Virus record (IMG/VR): IMGVR_UViG_3300030060_000981
Coordinates: 1-64,000 of that record
Direction: 5' to 3' (one strand)
From: an uncultured virus (IMG/VR IMGVR_UViG_3300030060_000981)
Taxonomy: Duplodnaviria > Heunggongvirae > Uroviricota > Caudoviricetes
Length of the DNA: 64,000 bases
Shown here: one piece after another, positions 9,708 through 18,141 of the stretch
Layout: every line of letters begins with the position of its first letter
Position numbering within the stretch: the stretch's first letter is position 1
Position numbers and translations under genes: made by a program
Notes under the pieces: model-generated
The model's database searches: none
Told to the model about the DNA's origin: nothing
Seen by the model: the letters and a program-made list of their open reading frames with translations, nothing else

Positions 9708-10264
9708 TAGGCTTCCCCAGTGATTTGAATCTGTTGAATATAAACGTTACCAGTACCAGAATCGGTTCTAGCAGCAACTTTAAAAGATGATCTTATAGTA
9801 CATGTACCAAGAGAACAATCTAATGTTCCAGAAACAGCAGAAGTATCTTTTTCAACAACTACTTTCGTTGGAATATAGTTATACATTGAACCATCACCAG
9901 TTACACTATTTACTCTTTGGTGAGTAAAGTTGAAGTCTGAATTTATATTGTTAGTAAAAGTAACATAATCACCTGCAACAAATGGACAAGTAGTACCTTC
10001 AGGGAAAGTTAATGTAGTGGTAGAACCTTTATCCAAGGCCACAATCGAAGCAGAACTATTGCTAAAAGCCAGTGTTGATGCACTATCTTTTGGGATAGCA
10101 TAGTTTGCTGTTGTTGCAGTTGGTTCAGTACCAATAGCAACAAAAGTATTCTGTCCTGTAGCAACTATTCTTAATGCAGATGATTTTCCTGCAATAGCTG
10201 CCGTTTTTGCTGATGTTACTGACGTTGCTAAAGCAATACCATCTTCAACTGGTCTATGAGTCAT
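9707..10264 (-). CDS. Conserved hypothetical protein, probably virion-associated
   Basis: 185-aa ORF between gp20 and gp21; late promoter at 10284-10290. Confidence 0.7.
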   Translation of the reverse strand: MTHRPVEDGIALATSVTSAKTAAIAGKSSALRIVATGQNTFVAIGTEPTATTANYAIPKDSASTLAFSNSSASIVALDKGSTTTLTFPEGTTCPFVAGDYVTFTNNINSDFNFTHQRVNSVTGDGSMYNYIPTKVVVEKDTSAVSGTLDCSLGTCTIRSSFKVAARTDSGTGNVYIQQIQITGEA

Positions 10265-10293
10265 TATTCTGAGCAGTTCATTTTATTTATTTA

Positions 10294-10518
10294 TTAAACT
10301 TCTTCATCGTCAGTCTCTTCATCCTCAACTTCTACTTCAGCAGAAGCTTCTATTTCCTCTGGTTCCTCAGTTTCCTGATCACCAAAGAGAGAATTTGATA
10401 CCATACTCTTATAGTTGTCCACCTTTTCAGCTGATTTAGCATACAATAAATCTTTGATTTTGTCGCTAATCTGAGAAGGACTACTATCATCCACCATCAT
10501 ATCCATTAATTCATCCAT
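10294..10518 (-). CDS. Small acidic protein, possible prohead core component
   Basis: 74 aa, acidic; late promoter TATAAATA at 10542-10549. Confidence 0.7.
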   Translation of the reverse strand: MDELMDMMVDDSSPSQISDKIKDLLYAKSAEKVDNYKSMVSNSLFGDQETEEPEEIEASAEVEVEDEETDDEEV

Positions 10519-10568
10519 AGTTTAGAAAGTTTAATCGTTAGTATTTATACACATTTAGTGTGGGAGGG

Positions 10569-12257
10569 TTAAATTTCCCCTCCTTTTGGCATTTCTGCCA
10601 CCTTACTCATCTTTGTTTCTGCTGCTTTTAGGTCTGGTTCCATAGGAACTCCACCCCCATTTGCAAATGGTGCGCCTGTATTTGGATCAATTTGTTGACC
10701 CATTGCTTCAGGATCTACCATCATACTTGGATCAGGAATGATACCATCATCAATTTCCTGTTGGATAATATCATCCTGTTCAACTATTTCTTCATCTGTT
10801 TGTCTTAGAACCTTACGTCTAACATAATCTTGTGAGAAATATTTGCCAACATATGGTTCTGCAGCTGCAACCATAGTGAGTCTTTCATTGAATAATTCAG
10901 ACTCTTTAAGTTCTGCAAAGTGATTATCATATAAGAAGTCATATTGTATATGCTCACTCATCAATTCCCAGTCTTCAGGAGTGACAATATTCTTCAATAA
11001 TAGTTGAGTTCTGAGCATATCATTGAACAAATTAGAGAATCTCTTTCTCAAACGTCCAACAAACTTACTAAATTTAACCTCATCTCTTAAGATTTCTGAT
11101 GATCTACCAAGATTAAATCCACTTTCATTAGATGGTGCTCTAGTAACAGGTACATTTAATGACCTATAAAGCTTGTCTTGGAAGTATTTGATATCAGTAA
11201 TTTCACCAAGGTTTTGTCCACCAGGTAAAGTTGTGATCTCAGTTCCTCTTCCACCTTCTCTACGTGGCAACCAGAAATCTTCAAGCATACTCATATATTT
11301 CTTATCATCTCTGATCTCACCAGTGCCAGCATCATATACTAACTTGTTACGATACCTATTCATTACATCACGAAGGTATTGTTCTGCCTTAACTTTAGGT
11401 AGATTACCAACATCAATGTAGAATATTCTACGTTCTGGTGCTCTTGATAGTCTATAAATTACAAGACTATCCTCAATCATACGAAGTTGATTGACGGCTT
11501 TAATTGCTTTGTGTAGATATGATAAAGTTGATCCCTTATTTCTATCAACTAATCCAGATGTGCAGTATGCAACTGAATCTCTGGTCATTCTTATTCCTTT
11601 ATTACCCATTCCAGCAGCAGATGGGTTTCCACTAGGCCATACTGCCTTTGGATTATATTCAAAATACTCTTCAATCTCTGGAAATTCATATTCCATAGGA
11701 TTGTCTTGTTGACTATTTGCCAACCTATTCTGCTCATTTTTATTTCTTTTCTTCTGTCTTATAAACCTCATCTTCATAGAGTCAATATATCTCAACTCTT
11801 GAATTCCCTCATGAGGTCTTTTGACATCAATTACCTTATGATAATATAGTCTTCCGTCTATATACCAGTTTCTATAAATCTCGTGCGCCTTAGAATCAAA
11901 GTCTAATAGATCAATAATCTGTTTAAATTCTTCTCTAAGTTTCTTTTTTATTCCATCACTTGCGTTTAGATTATCTAAATCAATTGTGACTGGAGCATCA
12001 TTTGTATCCGAAACTATTGCTTCATTTACTATATCTTCTATTGCACTATCCACTTCTGGATGCAGTGCCATCTCTCTATATCTCTTAATTAAGTCAAACT
12101 CAGTACGATATATACCTTCTAAGTCTACATAAGAACCAAAGAAACCACTAGTCAAATAGTGGTCAGACTGATCCTCCTTATTGGGAGGAACAGGTGAGAC
12201 CGCCGTAGGGGCTAGTGGTTCCTTTTCATCAATAGAAAAGCCAAATAACTTTGCCAT
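10569..12257 (-). CDS. gp20: Portal vertex protein
   Basis: YRLSRAPERRIFYIDVGNLP and EDFWLPRREGGRGTEI motifs. Confidence 0.97.
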   Translation of the reverse strand: MAKLFGFSIDEKEPLAPTAVSPVPPNKEDQSDHYLTSGFFGSYVDLEGIYRTEFDLIKRYREMALHPEVDSAIEDIVNEAIVSDTNDAPVTIDLDNLNASDGIKKKLREEFKQIIDLLDFDSKAHEIYRNWYIDGRLYYHKVIDVKRPHEGIQELRYIDSMKMRFIRQKKRNKNEQNRLANSQQDNPMEYEFPEIEEYFEYNPKAVWPSGNPSAAGMGNKGIRMTRDSVAYCTSGLVDRNKGSTLSYLHKAIKAVNQLRMIEDSLVIYRLSRAPERRIFYIDVGNLPKVKAEQYLRDVMNRYRNKLVYDAGTGEIRDDKKYMSMLEDFWLPRREGGRGTEITTLPGGQNLGEITDIKYFQDKLYRSLNVPVTRAPSNESGFNLGRSSEILRDEVKFSKFVGRLRKRFSNLFNDMLRTQLLLKNIVTPEDWELMSEHIQYDFLYDNHFAELKESELFNERLTMVAAAEPYVGKYFSQDYVRRKVLRQTDEEIVEQDDIIQQEIDDGIIPDPSMMVDPEAMGQQIDPNTGAPFANGGGVPMEPDLKAAETKMSKVAEMPKGGEI

Positions 12258-12289
12258 TATTAAAATTTAACTCTTAGTATACCTATTTA

Positions 12290-12907
12290 TCAAGCTCCAG
12301 AACCTGCTGCTTCTGGGTAGTAGTATTGAACTTGGAACTCAACGGTAAACTCTTCAAGAGCATCAGTGTTATCGTATGAAAGATCTATTGAAGAAATAGT
12401 AGTTGGGAAAATATCCACGAACTTATATTGAGCAAGAATGCTTGATGCATCAGCGGGAGATCCAGATGCTTGAGCACCTGCAGCACTTCTACCAAGTTGA
12501 TAAACAGTTGCTTGACCCATGTAATCACTAGGATTAACTAGACCAGATGCATCACCATACTGAGCAATGTTTTGAGCCCATGCTTCAAAATTTCTTCTAT
12601 GATCAAAGTTCTCATCGTTTATTACCGTCACTGTCCATGTTTCAAAAGTTCTGTCTCCAGCAACTTTCAAAATACGTCCTCTAAATGGAACATCGATTGA
12701 TGCTACATTAGATGCTGGTAAAGCAGCTGCCTTACACATGAATCTGAAATTATCTCCATCAAATTCTGTTGGACCACCATCACCTTGAATGCCTAGACTC
12801 ACTCCAGCGGGGAAGTTTACTTGCACTTCAAACAGATTCGGCCTTGCACCACCACCAGTAAGTTTAGACTTAAACTGGGATATGGTTCTTGTTGGGATTT
12901 CAGCCAT
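12290..12907 (-). CDS. gp19: Tail tube protein
   Basis: GGARPNLF and VPFRGRILKVAGDRTF motifs. Confidence 0.95.
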   Translation of the reverse strand: MAEIPTRTISQFKSKLTGGGARPNLFEVQVNFPAGVSLGIQGDGGPTEFDGDNFRFMCKAAALPASNVASIDVPFRGRILKVAGDRTFETWTVTVINDENFDHRRNFEAWAQNIAQYGDASGLVNPSDYMGQATVYQLGRSAAGAQASGSPADASSILAQYKFVDIFPTTISSIDLSYDNTDALEEFTVEFQVQYYYPEAAGSGA

Positions 12908-12947
12908 TTTTTTTAGTTCCTCCTTTTGTTATTTAGATATGATTAAA

Positions 12948-15104
12948 TTAAACTCGACCAGCAACTTCCTCGAAGCTTACCCCAGTTCTGGTAGCAACGA
13001 AGGTTAGTGTTACGTAGTTAATCGACTTGGCAGGCTTCAAGAAGATGTCTGCTCTAAATTCATTATTATCAATCACATCAGGAGTGTTATTAGTTTCATC
13101 ACAAATGACGAGGAATCCATAAAGACCTCGTTTTGCTTCAATATCTCTTAGATATGGTTCGACAATGTTGATGAAGTTTGCTCTTGTGACCTGATCATTA
13201 AGTTCAAAGAGTTGTGCTTGTGCAGCTCTTTCTAGTGATTGCTCAATTGTTAGGAACAATCTGCGAACATTAATGCGATCAAATGCAGATGCATATGCAA
13301 GAGATGTTTTGTCACCAAACAAGAGAATTCCAGATCCTGGTTGATTAACAATAGAGTTAATTCTTAGAGGATAAAGTTGATCTCTTTGTGCTTTGGATGG
13401 GTTGTATGCAAGTTTAACTGCATTATTCAATGTTCCCCTTTGCTGTCCAGCAGGTGAGAACCAAGGATAAGCTTCAATACTTGTCCTTACCATAAGTCCA
13501 GCAATGTCAGCATTCGTTGGAATGTAACGGAACTTATTGTTGAATCTATCATATGTGTACTTGTAACCACTATCAAATACACCATAAGATGTAGATTTGA
13601 GTGATGAGAAGAACTCAATGATATTATCTGTCTGCGTGTCGGTATTAGTTACACCAACAACACCTGTTCTATCAGGTGAAATGACTGCCATACAGTCTTT
13701 TCTTGCAGCAGCAATTGAAAGCAAGATGTTTGCTTTTGCTTGAGATGAGTTTACATTATCTAAACTAGGACCATTGATTAGATAGTCAACTGCAATCTCA
13801 TCCTTATTACTAAAGAGTTTGTATGCAGTTATCAAATCTCCAAGTGTTGCTTGCATTCCACCAGTAGCAGAATAATCAACACCAGCTGAAAGTGTATATG
13901 TGCTATTTCCTATAACGTTGAATGTTATTCCCTGTGCGTTTTTATTCCAACCACCAGAAGCAGTTGTAATCGCAGTAAATCCTGAACTAAATCCAGAAGC
14001 AGCTACATCTCCATCAGAACCATCTGAAGGATCATCACCTGCATAGACATATTCTGAGTAATCTGCAAGATAGTCTTTCCAGAATGTCTTCTGTGGTGGA
14101 TTGACTGCAGAAACTGCATCTTTTGCCTTAGATAGGTTTACAAACTTCTCAAGAAGATTACCCTGTATACCTGTTACTGCACCAGTATCATCTATAACAG
14201 CAACATGAATACCATCATTCTTTGATTGTCTGTCTACAGCAAACTGAGAAGTTGTTGGTTTTGGTGCAATCGACTTCCAGTAAACAGTAGAGTTAGTTAA
14301 TCCTAGAGTCTGTGAATCATACCAGTCAGTTGCGGAGTATGATTGAGCACTCAATGTTTGAGTTGCTTGTACTGCTCCTGCACTGTTAATAAACTTAACT
14401 TGGTTGCCTGGACGGAATGAAGATGCTTGATCTCTTTCTGCATATGTAATCGCAGTAGAAACACCAGCAGTTGTAACTCTTTCTGTAACTTTAACGGTAA
14501 CTGAAGTTCCAGCAACACCAGTAACAATACCCTTAAGATATCCACTGAAGCTTTCTGTTGTTCCTTCACCAACGATTGTCTGGTTGGTTAGTGCAACTGT
14601 AGCACCTTGACCAACAGCAATACCAGATCCAGATGTAACTAGAAGTGTTTGATCTGCAAAGTCATCAATAACACAAATCTTAAGTGTATTTGACCAAGAA
14701 CCAGGAGTCTTAGCAGCTAAACCAAATGTTTGACCTACACCTGCATAGTTTAGTGTATAGTCATCATAGTTTTTAATCTTGAGTGATGTATCAGTAGCAC
14801 CATCTCTTCTTGCGTTTGCATTGTTAAGAGTAGAACCATCTGCTCTAACAACTTTTAAAACACCACCGTAAGAAAGGAATGATGCAGCACTCATCCAATA
14901 CTCGTATTGAGCATCAGTGGAAATTGGTTTTCCGAATGTGTTTATTAAGTCCGTTTCTGTTGTGATATCAATTGCTTCTTCTACTGGTCCTATTGCAAAT
15001 GGACCTGCAATCGCACCGATATTGTCTAGCACATTGTCAGCTCTTCCGACAGTTAAGTCAACCTCCCTGACCAACACACCAGGAGACAATTGTGGAGTCG
15101 CCAT
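12948..15104 (-). CDS. gp18: Tail sheath protein
   Basis: SPGVLVRE, PWFSPAG, FDRINVRRLF motifs. Confidence 0.96.
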   Translation of the reverse strand: MATPQLSPGVLVREVDLTVGRADNVLDNIGAIAGPFAIGPVEEAIDITTETDLINTFGKPISTDAQYEYWMSAASFLSYGGVLKVVRADGSTLNNANARRDGATDTSLKIKNYDDYTLNYAGVGQTFGLAAKTPGSWSNTLKICVIDDFADQTLLVTSGSGIAVGQGATVALTNQTIVGEGTTESFSGYLKGIVTGVAGTSVTVKVTERVTTAGVSTAITYAERDQASSFRPGNQVKFINSAGAVQATQTLSAQSYSATDWYDSQTLGLTNSTVYWKSIAPKPTTSQFAVDRQSKNDGIHVAVIDDTGAVTGIQGNLLEKFVNLSKAKDAVSAVNPPQKTFWKDYLADYSEYVYAGDDPSDGSDGDVAASGFSSGFTAITTASGGWNKNAQGITFNVIGNSTYTLSAGVDYSATGGMQATLGDLITAYKLFSNKDEIAVDYLINGPSLDNVNSSQAKANILLSIAAARKDCMAVISPDRTGVVGVTNTDTQTDNIIEFFSSLKSTSYGVFDSGYKYTYDRFNNKFRYIPTNADIAGLMVRTSIEAYPWFSPAGQQRGTLNNAVKLAYNPSKAQRDQLYPLRINSIVNQPGSGILLFGDKTSLAYASAFDRINVRRLFLTIEQSLERAAQAQLFELNDQVTRANFINIVEPYLRDIEAKRGLYGFLVICDETNNTPDVIDNNEFRADIFLKPAKSINYVTLTFVATRTGVSFEEVAGRV

Positions 15105-15135
15105 GTTTTTCCCCGAATCTCAGTTTATCTGAAAA

Positions 15136-15142
15136 TATTTAT
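15136..15142 (-). promoter_or_regulatory. Late promoter upstream of gp18
   Basis: ATAAATA; equivalent (A/C)TAAATA sites at 9041, 10284, 12284, 12930, 17438, 22511, 24776, 35288, 49749 and 49760 precede late genes. Confidence 0.7.
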
Positions 15143-15179
15143 TCAAAAGGGTATTTTCAGTGGGGAAACAACGCATGAA

Positions 15180-15416
15180 CTACCAATCAGGATACATCCA
15201 TTCATTACTACTCTTTCTAGATTTTACCACTCTTTGTATAGTACACACCTTACACTCATATGAATAAGAAGAAGGAAGTGCTCCTCTATCTTTACGAATT
15301 AAATAAAAACCATCTAGTAGATTCTTAGTCTCACCACAAACTCTACATTTTCTTTCTGATAATAATAAATGCCCAAGCTTTATCTGCTTATCTAATTCCA
15401 CTATCTGTAATCCCAC
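15180..15416 (-). CDS. Small CxxC...CxxC zinc-binding hypothetical protein (start possibly GTG at 15401)
   Basis: CRVC...CKVC. Confidence 0.7.
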   Translation of the reverse strand: MGLQIVELDKQIKLGHLLLSERKCRVCGETKNLLDGFYLIRKDRGALPSSYSYECKVCTIQRVVKSRKSSNEWMYPDW

Positions 15417-17005
15417 ATATACGATCTATCACCATACTCATCTGTTTTCCATATATCACCATCATCATCAATAGTTATTTCTTCACCCAAACCATCATCC
15501 ATAAAACCAAACGGAGCCATATCCTGTTCAATTTGATTTTTCTGCTCTTCATATAATCTCTTTCTTACATCTTGATCTGTAAGTTCTTTAAAGTAATCCT
15601 GTGCAACTAACCATGCATATATGACAAGACACATTGCCAAGTCATCATTACATCCTTCTTCTGCCTCGAATGAATTACTCTTTTGTATAAATGTAGTCAA
15701 CTCTGAAATAGTATCATAATCATTTACCAATAACTTATTCTCTTCTATCATCGTCTTCAAGTTTAAACATCCAACCTTTTTAACTGTCTTGGACATCTTG
15801 ACACCCATCTGTGTCTTCTTACCAGAGAATCCTTGTCCTACTATTTGACCTGCCCTACCACGCATTGATGCCATGAGTAAATTTTCATACTCCAAATCAA
15901 AATGCAGAATAGATGCTACCTGATCTCCTACATCATTCACCTCACATAAAATAAATGCATTGTTATAACTCTTTGCCACCTCCCAGATAACATTTGGGAA
16001 TAGCATGGGTTTTATTTCATTATTTCTATACTTAGCAACCATCTTATGTGGGAAGGTTGTAATATCCATTACAGTGAAAGCTGAATAATCATTACCAACA
16101 CCACGAGCAACGTCAACTGTCATTAGATAATCATGATCTTTTTCTGGATCTGCATAAACATCTAATCCAGCACTTTTTGTTTTTGGTGCATCATATACTA
16201 ACGTTCTTAATTTACTAGGAGCAATAAGAGTATCTACAGATCCTAAGAACTCACATTCAAACTCAACCTTAAACTGCTGTTCTGATGTGTTCTTGATTGT
16301 TTGCTCTTTCCATACCTCATCTCTACCTGGCACTTCTGACCAGTGAACATCAGTTGGTATATAATCATTCGCACCTTTCTCAGCATCATGCCACATACGG
16401 TAGAAATGATTCATACCGTGTGGTGTAGAAACTATTATTACTTTTGTGCTTTTACCAGAAGTAATAGTAGGGTAAACACTAGCAAAGAATAGGATATTGA
16501 AAGACATACCCCTAACAGCACTAGCGGAAGTAGACGCAGCCAAGATTTTACTACCATTTTCTAACTCCAAAGATCCTTTGTTCCATGATAAGACACCTTG
16601 TTGCATCCACTTAGGAACATTCTCATATGCCGTTTGTAAACGACCTAATAGTTCTCTAGCAGTAGATGCTTTGTTTGCAAGAATACCAATGTTAACACTA
16701 TCATTGAATAGCAGATAATGCAAGAGGTATGATATAACAGTTGTAGACTTACCTGTCTGACGAGGCATCTTACAAATATTAAATCTATTCTCGTGGAAAT
16801 TGCTAATTAGTTTCTCTTGAAAGTCATAAGGAGTGAATGGCATCAAACCTTTATCCAGAGTAACAATCTGAACATAAGTATTTGCAAAGTAAAGAGGATC
16901 ATCCTTACACTTAAGAAATTCTCTAATCTGTTCTTCAGTAAATTCTACTGCAGTATTAGCTTTCTTAAGATTGGGATTACCCAGATAAATGTCATCAACT
17001 TTCAT
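15401..17005 (-). CDS. gp17: Terminase large subunit; Walker B segment missing in this sequence
   Basis: PRQTGKST, STPHG, TVDVARG, NDDLAM motifs; reads SFNILF-FASVYP with no LDEFAF. Confidence 0.93.
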   Translation of the reverse strand: MKVDDIYLGNPNLKKANTAVEFTEEQIREFLKCKDDPLYFANTYVQIVTLDKGLMPFTPYDFQEKLISNFHENRFNICKMPRQTGKSTTVISYLLHYLLFNDSVNIGILANKASTARELLGRLQTAYENVPKWMQQGVLSWNKGSLELENGSKILAASTSASAVRGMSFNILFFASVYPTITSGKSTKVIIVSTPHGMNHFYRMWHDAEKGANDYIPTDVHWSEVPGRDEVWKEQTIKNTSEQQFKVEFECEFLGSVDTLIAPSKLRTLVYDAPKTKSAGLDVYADPEKDHDYLMTVDVARGVGNDYSAFTVMDITTFPHKMVAKYRNNEIKPMLFPNVIWEVAKSYNNAFILCEVNDVGDQVASILHFDLEYENLLMASMRGRAGQIVGQGFSGKKTQMGVKMSKTVKKVGCLNLKTMIEENKLLVNDYDTISELTTFIQKSNSFEAEEGCNDDLAMCLVIYAWLVAQDYFKELTDQDVRKRLYEEQKNQIEQDMAPFGFMDDGLGEEITIDDDGDIWKTDEYGDRSYMWDYR

Positions 17006-17014
17006 AATAACTCC

Positions 17015-17137
17015 TTACATCATTTCGTAGTGTCCAAATTTTTTATCGTGTTCTATAGTTTTTCTTTGCAGTTCTAGTATTTTTTCTAAATTCTCAATTT
17101 TCTTTTCTAGTTTTTTATTTTTATTTTCCTCCGACAT
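17015..17137 (-). CDS. Small coiled-coil hypothetical protein, 40 aa
   Basis: MSEENKNKKLEKKIENLEKILELQ; internal ATG of the ORF-track entry. Confidence 0.5.
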   Translation of the reverse strand: MSEENKNKKLEKKIENLEKILELQRKTIEHDKKFGHYEMM

Positions 17138-17408
17138 GGAGGAGTGGTTCTCCTGGTTCATAGTCTGAAACTTGGTAATACCAGAGTCTTGCTCCTGGAT
17201 AAACTTTCTGCAGTTGATCCTGAACTTCTCTGCGTGATGGTTTTCTAACTTGAGGGAAGAATAATTTAATGGTGTAGTTTCTTCCTCTCCAAGCAAGATT
17301 GACTAGAATAATCCTTCCCAATTTTGTGGGAATTCTAGTTTTGGATTCGTTAATATTTTCCGAACACTCATCACCAGAGGGATTGCGAAAATCTTTAAAA
17401 TCAATCAT
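17121..17408 (-). CDS. Conserved hypothetical protein
   Basis: 95-aa ORF after a late promoter. Confidence 0.7.
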   Translation of the reverse strand: MIDFKDFRNPSGDECSENINESKTRIPTKLGRIILVNLAWRGRNYTIKLFFPQVRKPSRREVQDQLQKVYPGARLWYYQVSDYEPGEPLLHVGGK

Positions 17409-17443
17409 TTATCTCAAATGTGAGTATTCCTATTATATATTTA

Positions 17444-17806
17444 TCATTTTATAGCCGTAAAGACTACTTTAAAGGTTGTTGAACTGTTTGATGCTGGATA
17501 TCCTAAAAGTCTTAAATTGCCAGCACTGATATCTGTTGAGAATGTAGAGATGCCAACAGGTTCATTTATTGTGCCAAATTCTGACATATATGCATTAGTT
17601 CCATCATGAACTACATTGATAGTTGTTGTATTATAATTCGTTCCTTGTACAGCTTGTACTTGATAATTTACTGATCTAAAATCATCTTTATCTAAAGTCA
17701 CCAAAAGTGCTTCACTAGTACTAGTGGTTGTAGAAATAGAAGATCTAACAGATCCTGCTGACATTTCTAAAGTTGATGGTAAACTGGTTCCTACAATGTA
17801 TGGCAT
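17444..17806 (-). CDS. Small virion structural protein
   Basis: VVHDGTNAYMSEFG repeat also present in gp7. Confidence 0.7.
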   Translation of the reverse strand: MPYIVGTSLPSTLEMSAGSVRSSISTTTSTSEALLVTLDKDDFRSVNYQVQAVQGTNYNTTTINVVHDGTNAYMSEFGTINEPVGISTFSTDISAGNLRLLGYPASNSSTTFKVVFTAIK

Positions 17807-17807
17807 T

Positions 17808-18140
17808 TTAATTAGCAGTTTCTAGGAGACTAACAATTACTTTTAAAGTACTATTGACACTCGATTGTATTTTTAAAGAGTCACTTGTTTCTAAGACTAG
17901 TTTCCCACTCATAGGAACAAAAGCATCTGCAACAGGTACATTAGCATTTTTGATAATTTCGGTTTCTACACTAGATCTAATATGCTTCATAGTTACGGTA
18001 GATGGATCACTACCATAATTTGAAATGTGTGCATACAAAATGATAGCAGTGTAACCAGTGGGTGCAGTATAAACTGTCTGCTCACTGGTACTTACTTCAA
18101 GTGTTACTGTTTGGAATCTATTGAGTGCTAACTGCGCCAT
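17808..18140 (-). CDS. Hypothetical structural protein
   Basis: VYTAPTGY...KLVLETSD beta-rich ORF in the late operon. Confidence 0.7.
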   Translation of the reverse strand: MAQLALNRFQTVTLEVSTSEQTVYTAPTGYTAIILYAHISNYGSDPSTVTMKHIRSSVETEIIKNANVPVADAFVPMSGKLVLETSDSLKIQSSVNSTLKVIVSLLETAN

Positions 18141-18141
18141 A

